A stretch of DNA of 63,957 nt, counting the filler, from Octopus bimaculoides (taxonomy: Eukaryota): NCBI RefSeq assembly GCF_001194135.2. It is 7 parts of 7 records of this genome, joined end to end, with 100 filler letters (N's around TTAATTAATTAA, not from the genome) between each part and the next. Parts side by side here need not be neighbours in the genome. Positions count along the whole stretch, not along the records: positions 1 to 14,693 come from NC_068986.1; positions 14,794 to 23,013 come from NC_068989.1; positions 23,114 to 40,811 come from NC_068996.1; 4 more parts are not named here. One strand, given 5' to 3'. The notes under the pieces were generated by a model. The model was not told where the DNA came from and ran no database searches. It saw only the letters and a program-made list of their open reading frames with translations. Below, piece after piece: positions 13,474 through 26,139 of this stretch. The position numbers and the translations under genes were made by a program. Numbering within the stretch: the stretch's first letter is position 1; each line of letters begins with the position of its first letter.

Positions 13474-13871
13474 GTGTATAAAAATTTTATACACAGAGAG
13501 AAGACCACCATGTAGACTTCTTACCACCATGTGGATTTCTTGATCTATAAAAATGGGACTAAATGCGCATATGTCTACTTTGTGTTTTCGGTATTATAAT
13601 TTCATAATTATACATTCTCCGGCGACTCTACTGATAGCCACATATGGTTAATTAATCAGTTGATTGGTTAATTAATTGATTTATTGATCATTAACGGTGA
13701 AATTCATGGGTATAGAGCTAACTGATATTTTTATTCATTCAAATGTCCTGCTCGCCTACAAGTAACGTGCCATTAGTAAGGAGTTTGTCATGGTTTAGGA
13801 TTTGACTGTCCTTTGTAACATGTAAGAGGTTCACATGGTGGTTTTCTCTCCGTGTATAAATATTTATACAC
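13474..13871. mobile_element. unclassified MITE-like element with ~50-bp TIRs starting in 20-21 bp palindromes
   Basis: Left arm GTGTATAAAAATTTTATACACagagagaagaccaccatgtagacttcttac; right arm gtaagaggttcacatggtggttttctctccGTGTATAAATATTTATACAC. The arms are reverse complements. Confidence 0.65.
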
Positions 13872-13943
13872 TCTAAGATATATATATATATATTCTGAAC
13901 TTCGGTATGTGGTGAAGCAACCTGTTGCTGATCCCTTAATTTT

Positions 13944-13989
<46 letters not shown>

Positions 13990-14693
13990 GTATACACACA
14001 CACAGATTATGAGTTAGAGGTTATCCAACCGTCTAACCGATAAATGTATCCATGGGCACTACTTACTTGGAAATGGATGTGTGAGGTCACGTGAAGAAAA
14101 GTAAGATGGACGATGGTTATGTGTGAGTAACGAGAAAGACAAAAAGAGAAAGAGGGGAGAGAGAGACAGATATTTAACTAAACGCCACGCATCCATTTCC
14201 AAGTAAGTTTATCTTAACCTTTTTGATGCGTCTCTATACTCTTTTCTCTCCTATTATCTCTAATCTCCTCTTTCTCTCTTTCACCATTTTCTATCTGTGT
14301 TTCTCTCTCCTCTTTCTCTTTCTCTCTCTCTCTCTCGTCGCTAACACGTTACTGTCATCCATCTTTTTTTCCTCACGTGACCATCGTTCAACTTTTTTTT
14401 CCTCACGTGATGATCTTTCTTTCCTCTACGGACGTTCTAAGGACTGGACATCTCCGATCTTTCTCTTCTATTTTTTCTCTTATCAAAGAAGATATTTCTG
14501 TCAACGTTCACTATTTTCCCCTCGTTCAGGTGTAACTACCGTCCATGTTTGTTTTCGTTCGGTTTCCCTGTATGTTTCTACTGTCCTGTTTTTGTATCTA
14601 ACTTTGACCCGCTATAAAATCTCAAATTTTATTTTGGTATTTATGAGAGCAACTGTCTTCGAAGACTCATATATATATATATATATATATATA

Positions 14694-14793
14694 NNNNNNN
14701 NNNNNNNNNNNNNNNNNNNNNNNNNNNNNNNNNNNNNTTAATTAATTAANNNNNNNNNNNNNNNNNNNNNNNNNNNNNNNNNNNNNNNNNNNN
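14694..14793. other. artificial scaffold spacer: 44 N + TTAATTAATTAA + 44 N (also near 23058, 40856, 52237, 60238, 62487)
   Basis: The same 12-mer, with stops in all six frames, sits centred in 100-bp gaps six times. Confidence 0.9.
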
Positions 14794-14839
14794 CAGACAG
14801 ACAGACAGACAGACATACACACATTCTCATTTATATATA

Positions 14840-14875
<36 letters not shown>

Positions 14876-16355
14876 TGCGTGTATGTGTTCGTATGGATTC
14901 GAAAACTGAGTTGCCGATTTTGACGTAAGAGGTATCAAAAGATTCAGTAATATTTTGCATTACAAAAACTTAACATTATAATCTTTCTATAAATCATCTA
15001 TAATAACCAAAAATTTATACCACGACGACGACGGTGTTGTCAATTTTCTATATGAGTGTGTATATGTCTGTCAGTGTGTGTGTCTTTGCGCGATCGTTAC
15101 GTACGTTAGGTCGATGACTGAGAGGTACATGTGTGTGTATGTGACGAGAGATGTGTTTGTCAGTATACATACACTTTTATGACGACTTAAACACACACAT
15201 ACACACATCTAAAGACATAGAGAAAAGCAGAGGGACAGAAATAGGCCTGAGTGTGCTTGAATTCATGTATATGTGTGTCAATCTCAATATATGTACCGCC
15301 CAACAACAAAACACATTGATTTTGAAAGAGTTTATTTCAGTCGGGGCTTATACGTTGAACGAACAGCGTTCACCTTCAAACACTACTGTTTCGATTTTCC
15401 TTCTCGACATGGAGAGATACAGTTCAAACAACATTAACGATTATCACTACTTATGTGCTGAAATATTCTGGCTTTTATAACCAACATGAAGATTTGGCTG
15501 ATTTGACATTCACTCACAACACCCAGAAATATATCTGAAAAAAAAATGTTATTCTGATTATTATAACAAATTTGGAAACTTGGCGAAGTAGAAAATCTTA
15601 GCAGCTCTTTAAATATAATTACAGAAATATTATTCCACTCCTTATAGCCAGTTTCAAGATAATGTTTCTTAAACTCTCCTAGAGTCCTTATCGTATTCCT
15701 GCCATGCTGCTTTATCAGTGTGAGCATTCAACGCCGCGCAAACTTTTTACTTCTTTAGTCAGTACTTATTCTACAGCTTATAATTTACACAACACATTTT
15801 GCAAATGATGTCAAATTAATTTATACCTTGCTACATACATCGTTTAGCAAATATTTGAAGTTAATTAACGTTTAGAAAAGCAACATATTTCTTGGTACAC
15901 ACTTTGTTCAGCGTTCGTTTAAAATATGTAAAATAATAAATTATTTTTGTCTGAAAAATTGAATTATGCCTTCTGAATTTTCTCGAAGCTTGACATTCTT
16001 CACCATCACATTCAATCCTGAATTTTATTGCATTTAGTACATGTTCCAAATAAATGTTAACTTTCTGTACCTTGTTATATTTGTGACGCATAGTAATTTT
16101 TGCTAAATTGGTGACTTTACGACACAGGTAACTTTCTTTCGGGAATATTCCATAAAAAATGTCTATAGCATAACTATGCTACAGAAAGTATGTTTTGCAC
16201 CTATATTGACTACATTTCGTTTCTCTTGAACTTCGTGTGTGTACGTTTTGCTCTCTTCGATAGTATCAATTCCATGAGTGTCTATGTGTCTGTGAGTGAG
16301 TGTGTGTTTCTGCGTTCGATACGTCTATAGTAAACTATAATAAATGACATTTTAG

Positions 16356-17230
16356 GCCGTTTTAATGAGCCCAAATCTAATGAAGTATCCATCCTTATGG
16401 TAGATGATCCTCATGAAAATCGTGATATTCTCATTCGTGCTTGAGATAAAAAAAAAAAAAAACTTAAACGTGTTTCAGAAACTAGTCCCTCCTGTGATGC
16501 TCTGCAGTATCCTCTTATTTTGTGGAATGGACAAGATGAGTATCATATTAATATTCCACAGACTGAACCAGCAACCGGAGAGCCAATTACAAACAAAAAG
16601 ATGTCGCCAAATGACGTCTATTCTTAACAACTGATATTAAGAGCGAACAGCCAAATCATTTACCCATGTATCGTGATCTATTTCAGCGATACCTGGTTGA
16701 CATGTACGCTAAAGTTGCGAGTCAGCATTTCCTCTACATTCATAACGATAAACAATGTTAAGGGCTGAAAATTATGTTCATCTCCAAGATGCTCTGAGGA
16801 CAGATGGTGATATTCAAAACATAGGACAAATTAAAATTGTCCCACCATCATTCACAGATTGTCCTCGATATATGCAGGAACGAACACAAGATGCTAAGAC
16901 ATATATCAAGACATGGAAACTACTTTTCTTGTCACATTTACCTGCAATCCTAAATGGGTAGTAAAAAATTTAACCCCCTTCCTGTGTTGCATTTTCTTGC
17001 ATCGCAGCTACCCTCCTCAATGGGCGTAGAACTGCACATTCCATCCTCTAAACCTTGCAATGAAAGAATCTCAAAAGAGCAACATTTCTAAAACCTCTGC
17101 AATGCAACAGTTCTCCAACAAACTTAATTCATTGTTTCGAATAAGTGCACCGTCACATCATGCAGCTCCAGAGATACTTGACCGTACACTCCAAGACATA
17201 AAAAACGATAGTACGCTCATGGGAGGGGTA
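16356..17230 (+). mobile_element. Helitron Rep-helicase remnant with large internal deletion
   Basis: GRFNEPKSNEVSILMV..RDILI, RVSETSPSCDALQYPLILW, DLFQRYLVDMYAKV, LRAENYVHLQDAL..GQIKIVPPSFTDCPRYMQERTQDA, TFTCNPKW; then immediately Pif1-type IAATLLNGRRTAHS and LDRTLQDIKNDSTLMGG. Confidence 0.9.
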
Positions 17231-17249
17231 TATAAGTATATAAGTCCTG

Positions 17250-17330
17250 GAGGTAATTTGTTCAACTAAATACGCTGCTTCAGCTCGGCCGCAGTCAAAT
17301 GACTGAAAGAAGTAAAATAATAAAAGATTA
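17250..17330 (+). mobile_element. SINE family B 3' tail fragment
   Basis: aagtcctggagg...ggccgcagtcaaatgactgaaagaagtaaaa matches the 3' end of 24338-24685. Confidence 0.75.
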
Positions 17331-17485
17331 AAGATATAGACATAAACATACGCAAACACATATATATATATATATATATCTATCTATATGTATATATATA
17401 TACACCCACCCATACATATATATGTGTCTATATATACATACGTATATGTAGTATATATGTATATATATATATGTACGTATATATG

Positions 17486-17540
<55 letters not shown>

Positions 17541-18879
17541 CACACGCTTCTATATACGTACATACATACATATATATATATACATACATACATTCATACA
17601 CTTATGCAACTCCATTCCCACGTATACATATACACACAGTGTCCTATATTTATATAAACCTATATTAAATAAAGAAATATAAGCTAAAAGAATATAATAT
17701 GAAGAAAACTATTAGGCGCCTATACACCTGATTACAAAATGTTTCATGACTCATTGAATATAGATGTTGCAAACAAATATAGTGAGAATGCGCAATGAGG
17801 AGGCGGATGATATAATATTACATATCACTCACATAATTAAAGATTTAAATAATGTTTTGAAAGAGACGTTTATACTTATCTCAGTTACAGATTATGGATA
17901 AGTAGAAGCTAATAAGTTAGAGATAAATAGTATTATTTGAAGTGTATTATGTAAGTGGTTTAGACAATGAAAATGTGTTTTGAATATAATGCAAACATTT
18001 CACCATAAATTCATTAGACTTCTTAAGAACATTACATGGACATATATTTCCAAATATTCAGCGTAGCAAATGTTCCACCCGTATACATTTTCTTAAATTT
18101 TCCCTAGTTCTCTCGATATGCACCTTACTGTTACAAGGAATGATAAACAAATGCCAACGAAGTCATACACTGTTCCTCATATATCAAGACACTATTTCAT
18201 TCAATTTGATATTAACTCTCACTGCGTTAGTATTTCACCCATATTCCATTATAAAGCCCTGATTATCGCAAGAAAGATTTCGTCCTCTAAAGATGCTAAA
18301 CGTACAATTATAGAGTTTGAGAGAAAATTATGAACTAGAAAAGATATTATGCCTCTCTGCTTATGAGAGTATGTTTAATGCTTATGCTCACAACTTAGCT
18401 ATTTTCTAGTGGCTGGTAAATTGATAGATCATACAACCATGTGCTGTACGAACAATACATCTAAAAATCTTAAACCTCTGAGTAGATAATATATGTATGA
18501 GAATATGTGTATGAGAATATATGAATGAGAATATATATATATATATCAAGTGGCTTCCTGTAATGGGAACTCAAATAAATTGATTGTACTGAGAATGGTA
18601 GTGTTAATAATAATAATGATAATAAGCTTAATCAAGATAATAATGCGTGCATAAGTAAGTCACGGATGAAAGGGAAATTGATGGAGAGTAATTGTACTAA
18701 TATTTATACTAGTAGATTTGCAATTGATATTCATAACAATGATAAGGTCTAACAATATGAATCATTGTAGCGATAAATTTACCAACAATAATGTTATTTA
18801 TACGATTAATAATGATAGGGTTAGCGGTCAAAACACAGTTAGCAAGACTATGAGAAATAATAGCAGTACTGGTAATATT

Positions 18880-19250
18880 GATATTACAATTAAAGCGTGG
18901 AACTTTAGATACTACAAACACAAAAACCTGATGAACCTATGCGATAATGACGTAATATGGTTCAATCCACCTCGGACAGAATGTACTATTACAAAACTTT
19001 CTAAACAGCTATTTGCTAAATTTGAGATAATATTTTAAGTGAATATTGCCTCATCTTCATGAAACCTTGGATAAGAATTTTCTTCTTAACCTTCCCAAAT
19101 CTCGAAAGCATTTTAGCGGGTACAAAATGCATTTCTGCTGCCCCAAGGTCTGTTTCCTTTATCTCACTTAACCCATAAATTATCTTCCTAGAAATTTCTT
19201 GGCTAGAACCTGTCTGATCCCTGGCGAATATACACAGCAATTTATGGCTA
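18880..19250 (+). mobile_element. Penelope-like element fragment (RT to GIY-YIG linker)
   Basis: DVIWFNPP..ITKLSKQLF and LPNLESILAG match the PLE linker motifs IIWFNPP and SYSCLPN. An Asn-rich stretch upstream resembles that in the 50-kb copy. Confidence 0.65.
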
Positions 19251-21088
19251 TAAAATAATTAATGTAACTGTTTGAAATAATTATTGTTCATCGAATTATC
19301 GTTATACTTCTCATATTTCTATAAATTTAAATGCTTTTTTTTTAAATGTTACTTATTCATCATGCGGTTTGTTGGATAGGTCATCAATATTTTACCTTGC
19401 TTGTTTACACCTGTTTATATTTTTACCTGAGATGGTGGTTTTATACTATGATGTAGTGTATGAGTACATAAATAAATGTCTACTGAAACATTTGTAGTAA
19501 ATCTTAGTCTCCATTTGCGAATTTTATAACTACGCCACACCCAGAACAAAACCGGAGTCGGATCCACGGTATAAAACTGAATTTGGTATTTACATATGTA
19601 TACACTTGCAGTATAGTACCAACCTATGGCACCATGTTTGTTTTACCTCACTGTAGACCATATGCTATGATACCTTTACAGTTCAGGCGTCCTACGTTCT
19701 GATGTGTCTAGATTCTAATGAATCCCATAAATAATCTAGACACCCCCCACACATATGAGTTACAGTGCTTGAAAGTGTGCCTATACGTTTGTAATTTTGC
19801 AGTACGAGATTGCTACTTCTCTATGCCTGGTTTTAAAACGCTTCATTTAGTTTACTACATTTTATTTTAGCAAATATATACAAAGTTACGATAGGTCATG
19901 CTACATTTTATATGCACACAACAATCGATATTATTGATACTTACGTGTATCTATCTATCTTCAACATAAAAATAACATGTGTGTACGCTCAATGTATCTA
20001 ACTTCCCATCTATAAAATATTAGTATCAGAAACAAAATATACTCCAAATATTCTCTTTCAACTTACCGATTTTCCGTTATTTAGTTATCATTTTATGTTT
20101 GAACCTGAAATGTTATAACTCTTAATGTAAACTAGGAAATAAGTATGAAAGGTATATGACCGGTATATTTACATTTTACAAGTGATATAGTTTACGATAC
20201 TGCTATTTTATTTGCTAGGTTTCTCTTTTAAATGACTCTTGAATTATAATGCACTAGTTGAAACTTTTGTTAGAAATATATTTTTTTTTGTCTTCAGAAT
20301 TATTGTTTTAGATCAGCAGTATTTTCTGCCTCCAGCCATACAGGCGTCCATTTTGGATATCTAAGCGTCGATTATATGAAGGTTACAATTTATACGTCAA
20401 AATTCATATTGTGTGATTTGAAATATTGATTGCAACTTTAAATCTTCAAATTTTAAAATTTCTCTTCCAGAATGTAAATGACTCTACATTATCAAATGCA
20501 TTGTTGCATATTTTCTAAAGATACTTTCAGTGCATATTAACATAACTTGGTTGGCAAATATCAGACCTTTGGCTACAAACCCGGTAACAATACAAACTTT
20601 CTAATGAAAGCATCTAACACACACATACACACAGACACACACACAGACACACACACACGCACGCGCGCACATACACACACACACACACACACATACACAC
20701 ACACACACACATATATATTACGTCATATGTAAACAAAATTAAGTTTGTTTTTGAAGCGCTGAAATGTATTGTAGTACAAGTAGAAAGATATATTTTTTCA
20801 ACGCGTAAATACTGATAGAACAGTATATATGGGATAATATCCCTTACAGAGCTTATCCCACAAATACTGTTCTATGAGTATTTACGCGTTGAAAAAAATA
20901 TCTTTCTACTTGTACTATCTCTCTCTCTCTCTCTNNNNNNNNNNNNNNNNNNNNNNNNNNNNNNNNNNNNNNNNNNNNNNNNNNNNNNNNNNNNNNNNNN
21001 NNNNNNNNNNNNNNNNNNNNNNNNNNNNNNNNNNNNNNNNNNNNNNNNNNNNNNNNNNNNNNNNNNNNNNNAAATAGAGGGATTATCA

Positions 21089-22902
21089 GTAAATAATATG
21101 TGACAATTATTTGGCAGCCATGATAAAACTCCGAGTTTCGGATGTCGGGACGGAAACCGACGCCGCCATCTCTTCAGTTATCTGGCCATTGAAAAAATGC
21201 TATGAACATGACCGTTAAACAAAGGGCAATTACTGTGTGATTGACCGTTATTAAGACAAAAAGATCTATTAGAATGACCGCTAAGTGAAGGGAGGAGTAA
21301 ATGTAATTGAGTAAAAATGTCCATAGTATTCGCGTTAGCGCACCAGTCCATACATACAAATGCGCGCCCGCGCACAAACGTATATGCGCCTATGTGTATA
21401 ACCTCATCCACCCTCACTTGAAACACACACATGCTCACCCACACATTCGCCAAAAAATATATACATACCCAGATACACGCACACACACACGCGCGCATCA
21501 CGCTCACACACATACACACGCGCGAAAAAAGGTTCATACACACGTCTATATACGCACGTGCACGAGAAAAAAAAGGGTAAAGGCAAAATAAAGAAAAAGT
21601 GTACAAAAGTGTAAAAAAGAAATAATGGTAAAACACATCTATATACGCACATGCATTCTCGCATGCACGCCTATATACACACGTACCCGCACACACGCAC
21701 ACACGCACACATGCACACATCCACAAGCGTGCACAAAATGTTCCATGTACACGTCTATATACGCACAGGAAAATGCAGGGTGGAAGGCAGAAAACAGGAA
21801 AAATATGTGTAAAAAATATATGAACGATAAACCTATAAAACAATATCTCTATAAATATGTAAAAAAATATAAAAAATAAATAAGAAATATAAGTAAACAG
21901 TAGAGAGAGATAAAACGCTTGTACATAGACACAATATAAAAAGCAAGTCCTATCTGTAATCTCGTGGGGAGCAAATATGTAACAAATATCTAGCCACATG
22001 TGGACAAAATGCGAAACGTTCACTTCTTGAAATTAGACATGTGGTGGGGTCTAAGCTACCTTTGCAGAGGACACATCTTTCCATATCACAAAGACCGCAC
22101 TTGCTTTCTATATTCTATGTACGTACTTTTCATCTCTCTCTACTGTTTACTTATATTTCTTATATATTTTTTATATTTTTTAAAAATATATATAGAGATA
22201 TTGTTTTATAGGTTTATCGCTCATATATTTTTTACACATATTTTTCCTGTATTCTACATTCCACCCTGCATTTTCCTGTGCGGGTGTGTGTGTGCGGGCA
22301 CGTGCGTATATAGACGTGTGTGTGTGCGCATGCATGCAAGAATGTGCGTATATAGACGTGTTTTACCCTTATTGCTTTTTTACACTTTTTTACACTTTTT
22401 TTCTGTATTTTGTATTTACCCTGTTTTTTCTTCTGCATGGGCGTATATAGACGTGTGTATGAACCTTTTTTGCGCGCGGGTGTATGTGTGCGAGCGTGTT
22501 GCGCGCGTGTGTGTGCGAGCGTGTATGCGAGTATGTATATATTTGTTGGTGACTGTGTGGGTGAGCATGTGTGCTTCAAGTGAGGGTGTATGAGTATATA
22601 CATGTAGGCGCATGTACGTGGGTGTGCGGGCGCGCATGTGTATGTATGGTCTGGTGCGCTTACGCGAATACTACGGACATTTTTACTCCCTTACATTTTC
22701 TCCCTCCCCTCACTTAGCGGTAATACTAATAGCTCTTTTGTCTTAATAACAGTCAATTACACAGTAATTTTCCTCAGTATAACGGTCATTTTCATAGCAT
22801 TTTTTCGATGGCCAGATAACTGAAGAGTTGGCGGCTTGGGTTTCCGCCCCAACATCCGAAACTCGGAGTTTTATCATGGCTACCGAATAATTGTCACATA
22901 TT

Positions 22903-22908
<6 letters not shown>
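21089..22908. mobile_element. ~1.8 kb foldback element (two ~0.85 kb inverted arms, ~150 bp spacer)
   Basis: 21089 gtaaataatatgtgacaattatttggcagccatgataaaactccgagtttcggatgt is the reverse complement of acatccgaaactcggagttttatcatggctaccgaataattgtcacatattatttac ending 22908. Complementarity continues inward to ~21948 and ~22099. No coding motifs. Confidence 0.9.
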
Positions 22909-22943
<35 letters not shown>

Positions 22944-22955
22944 AACACACACACG

Positions 22956-22987
<32 letters not shown>

Positions 22988-23113
22988 CAAACATATATAT
23001 ATCTATATATATANNNNNNNNNNNNNNNNNNNNNNNNNNNNNNNNNNNNNNNNNNNNTTAATTAATTAANNNNNNNNNNNNNNNNNNNNNNNNNNNNNNN
23101 NNNNNNNNNNNNN

Positions 23114-23150
<37 letters not shown>

Positions 23151-23472
23151 ATATGTGAGTGTCTATCTATCTATATATGCACACACACTCCCACAGTACT
23201 ATCCATTGCCTTCACGACCACTCCCACCAGCAGAAGCATCTCAACCAAATTACCCCTCCCCGGTCGCCTCCATTACCACTCCACATGCATACACTACACC
23301 CATAGTGTATCATCATGATTCTTACCATTTCTAATAATACAACTACCACTACCTGAAATACCAGTTTTTGCAGTATTTTCTACAAGGACTTGCTATATCC
23401 CAACCTACTAGTTTGTGACACTTCTCAAAAAATATACTGTTACTCAGCAATCTTTTTAATTTACAGCCACTT

Positions 23473-23512
<40 letters not shown>

Positions 23513-23564
23513 GCCCGATCTCTCTCCCTTCCGATCTCACTCTCTCTCTCTTTCTTGCTCGATC

Positions 23565-23655
<91 letters not shown>

Positions 23656-23879
23656 TTTCTTTACTGTGTTCCTCTCTTTATTCAACTATCATTCACACAT
23701 TGCATGTAACTACACAAATTACATTTATATATTTCTCACTATGTATGCACATTCACACACACACGCATGCACATATGCACATATATATATACACACATCC
23801 CCCTCTCTGCACACACACTTATATAGATATAGATAGATAGATAGATAGATAGATATATTGCACACACACTTATATAGAT

Positions 23880-23944
<65 letters not shown>

Positions 23945-24299
23945 TATGTATAATCTTCCAATCTCTCACCACCTCTTTCTCTTTTCTCCTACCCTCTTTC
24001 CATCTGTATATTAATTTGGGTGTGTTCTTGCTCCAAATTCATTGCATTGTATGTGTGTTTTTGTTTGTGTGTGTGTGTGTTTGTTTGTACATAAACATAT
24101 ATAATATATACACATGTTTATATATGTGTTGTGTTTGTATCTGTGTATATATAAGAAATTGTTCCGTTTGTTTTTCAAATTGCTGAGTCCTTCATGACTC
24201 CCGACAGAATGTCATTCCTTATGGTAACAGACACAATTTGAACTGAGAGAGCTGAGTGAGACATGAGGCAGTCTATCCAACTCTTTTGTTGCCTTGAAA

Positions 24300-24337
<38 letters not shown>

Positions 24338-24340
<3 letters not shown>

Positions 24341-24685
24341 CGTAGGAGTGGCTGTGTGGTAAGTAGCGTGCTTACCAACCACATGGTTCCGGGTTCTGGC
24401 CCACTGCGTGGCACCTTGGGCAACTGCCTTCTACTATATCCTCGGACCAACCAAGAAGCCCGTCATATATATGTATATATGTTTGTGTGTCTGTGTTTGT
24501 CCCTCAACATCGCTTGACAACCGATGGTGGTGTGTTTACGTCCCCGTAACTTAGTGGTTCGGCAAAAGAGACCGATAGAATAAGTACTAGGCTTCCAAAA
24601 AATAAATCCTGGGGTCGATTTGCTCAACTATAGGTGGTGCTCCAGCATGGCCGCAGTCAAATGACTGAAACAAGTAAAAGAGTAA
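24338..24685 (+). mobile_element. SINE family B, near full length
   Basis: ggcgtaggagtggctgtgtggtaag head, gggttc B-box-like motif, CORE-like ggcaccttgggcaa, internal microsatellite, tail ggccgcagtcaaatgactgaaacaagtaaaagag. Confidence 0.92.
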
Positions 24686-25089
24686 AATGTATATATGCAC
24701 ACACACATGTGTATATATATGTGTGTGTGTATTTGTGTGTGTGTGTTTGTGCTGCATGTAAACATTCATTGCAAGTGTAACTGCATTTATCTCCCATTAC
24801 TATTTCCATTACTACTTGTGTATACCTGATGCTTTGCTGTACTCAAGAAGACCTACACTCTGCAGCGGAAGTATTAAGACCAGTCTCCCTGTAAGAGTCT
24901 TGTGCCAATGCCATGTAAGAGTCTTGTGCCAATGCCATGTAAGAAGCACTCATGGTGGTACCATGCAAAGCTAAGTTTCACTCAATATTCTTCTAGCCAT
25001 TGCTCGTTATCTCTTTCTAACCAAATCCACTGGCTTGGCTTTTCCGCTGTAGTTTAGATATCACTCATGATGAGTTAAGCCTAGTAACA

Positions 25090-25620
25090 ACAACAACAAT
25101 GCCTCCCACTGTGTCCAACAAATCCTGCACGTCCAAATTTGATTGAAAATTGCTCTGCTTTCAAGCCTGTATCTTCACATGCTTCAAGGAGATTTTTATA
25201 ACAATCGATCTTTCAAGCCTGACCAACATACGTTATCTTCACAAGGAACTGTTAACTTGACTAGATTTATTTCTTAATTTATATGAGAGTGTGACATAAT
25301 CACATGCTTCTTCTGTATCTTGCTGCACACTGAATTCCTCATCATGTAGGATTTATATCTGATGTCCTACTGGGGTTGTCAACCTACAGGATGAACTCAA
25401 CCATCCTGATGACATCTCGCCACTGACAATGTTTCCTTATCTACTATAGAAACCCTCCAACTCTTTCCTGAATTCAAATATTGAAGAATTTGACCACATT
25501 CACGACATTGGTAATCTTTAAAACCACTCTCAGTTGTTGGTGCCAATGCAATGAGTACGGCATACCTTTTTCTATTTTTCATTTCCTGCATCAGATAAGT
25601 ATCTGCTATGTTGATGTTGT
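25090..25620 (-). mobile_element. HERO/NeSL-like RLE LINE 3' fragment
   Basis: DYQCRECGQILQYLNSG (decayed CCHC), NLVKLTVPCEDN (cf. IELTVPWE), CYKNLLEACEDTGLKAEQFSIKFGRAGFVGHS (cf. KY..L...GW...EVG.RGF). Confidence 0.7.
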
Positions 25621-25743
25621 CGATATGTCTTAAAAAGAAATGAGGAAGTTAAAAATTTGGTGCAGGCTACATAACACTACACTAGTTTGTCTTCCACTTA
25701 TAGCCTGCTAAATTTTGGTTAGAAAACCTTGTTATACTTGCTC

Positions 25744-25814
<71 letters not shown>

Positions 25815-25819
<5 letters not shown>

Positions 25820-26110
25820 TTTTACTTATTTCAGTCATTTGACTGTGGCCATGTTAGAGCACTGCACCAAGAAATCGACCCTAGGAATTTTTCTTTGTAA
25901 GCCTAGTACTTATTCTATCAGTCTCTTTTGCTGAAATGCTAATTTACATCGATGTAATCATACCAACATCAATTGTCAAGCAATGGTGTGGAGACAAATA
26001 CAGACACAAAGGCACACACACACACACACACACACAAATATATATACAGGCTTCTTTCAGTTTCCATCTACCAAATCCATTCTACTATAACCCGAGGCTA
26101 TAGTAGAAGA
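25815..26110 (-). mobile_element. SINE family B lacking its head (abuts the Tx1-like LINE tail)
   Basis: Family B body in reverse; the match stops at cacttgccca (26110). Confidence 0.85.
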
Positions 26111-26139
26111 CACTTGCCCAGATAGATAGAGATAGACAG

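Noticed and set aside
14738-14749. Recurrent TTAATTAATTAA motif (six copies)
   Set aside because: Always centred in 100-bp N spacers; an assembly linker, not biology.
15434-15727. ORF with faint Tc1 C-terminal resemblance (EWNNIS)
   Set aside because: No DDE motif or TIR found.
20297-20583. Two short + strand splice-bounded open segments (20297-20380, 20531-20583)
   Set aside because: Too short, with moderate donors; expected by chance in AT-rich DNA.
24175-24517. ORFs such as MVRGYSRRQLPKVPRSGPEPGTMWLVS recurring several times
   Set aside because: Translations of SINE B; non-coding.
24888-24945. Short tandem duplications (24 bp here; also 37979-38020, 57151-57198, 60747-60795)
   Set aside because: Two to four units with no spacers; ordinary slippage, not CRISPR-like arrays.
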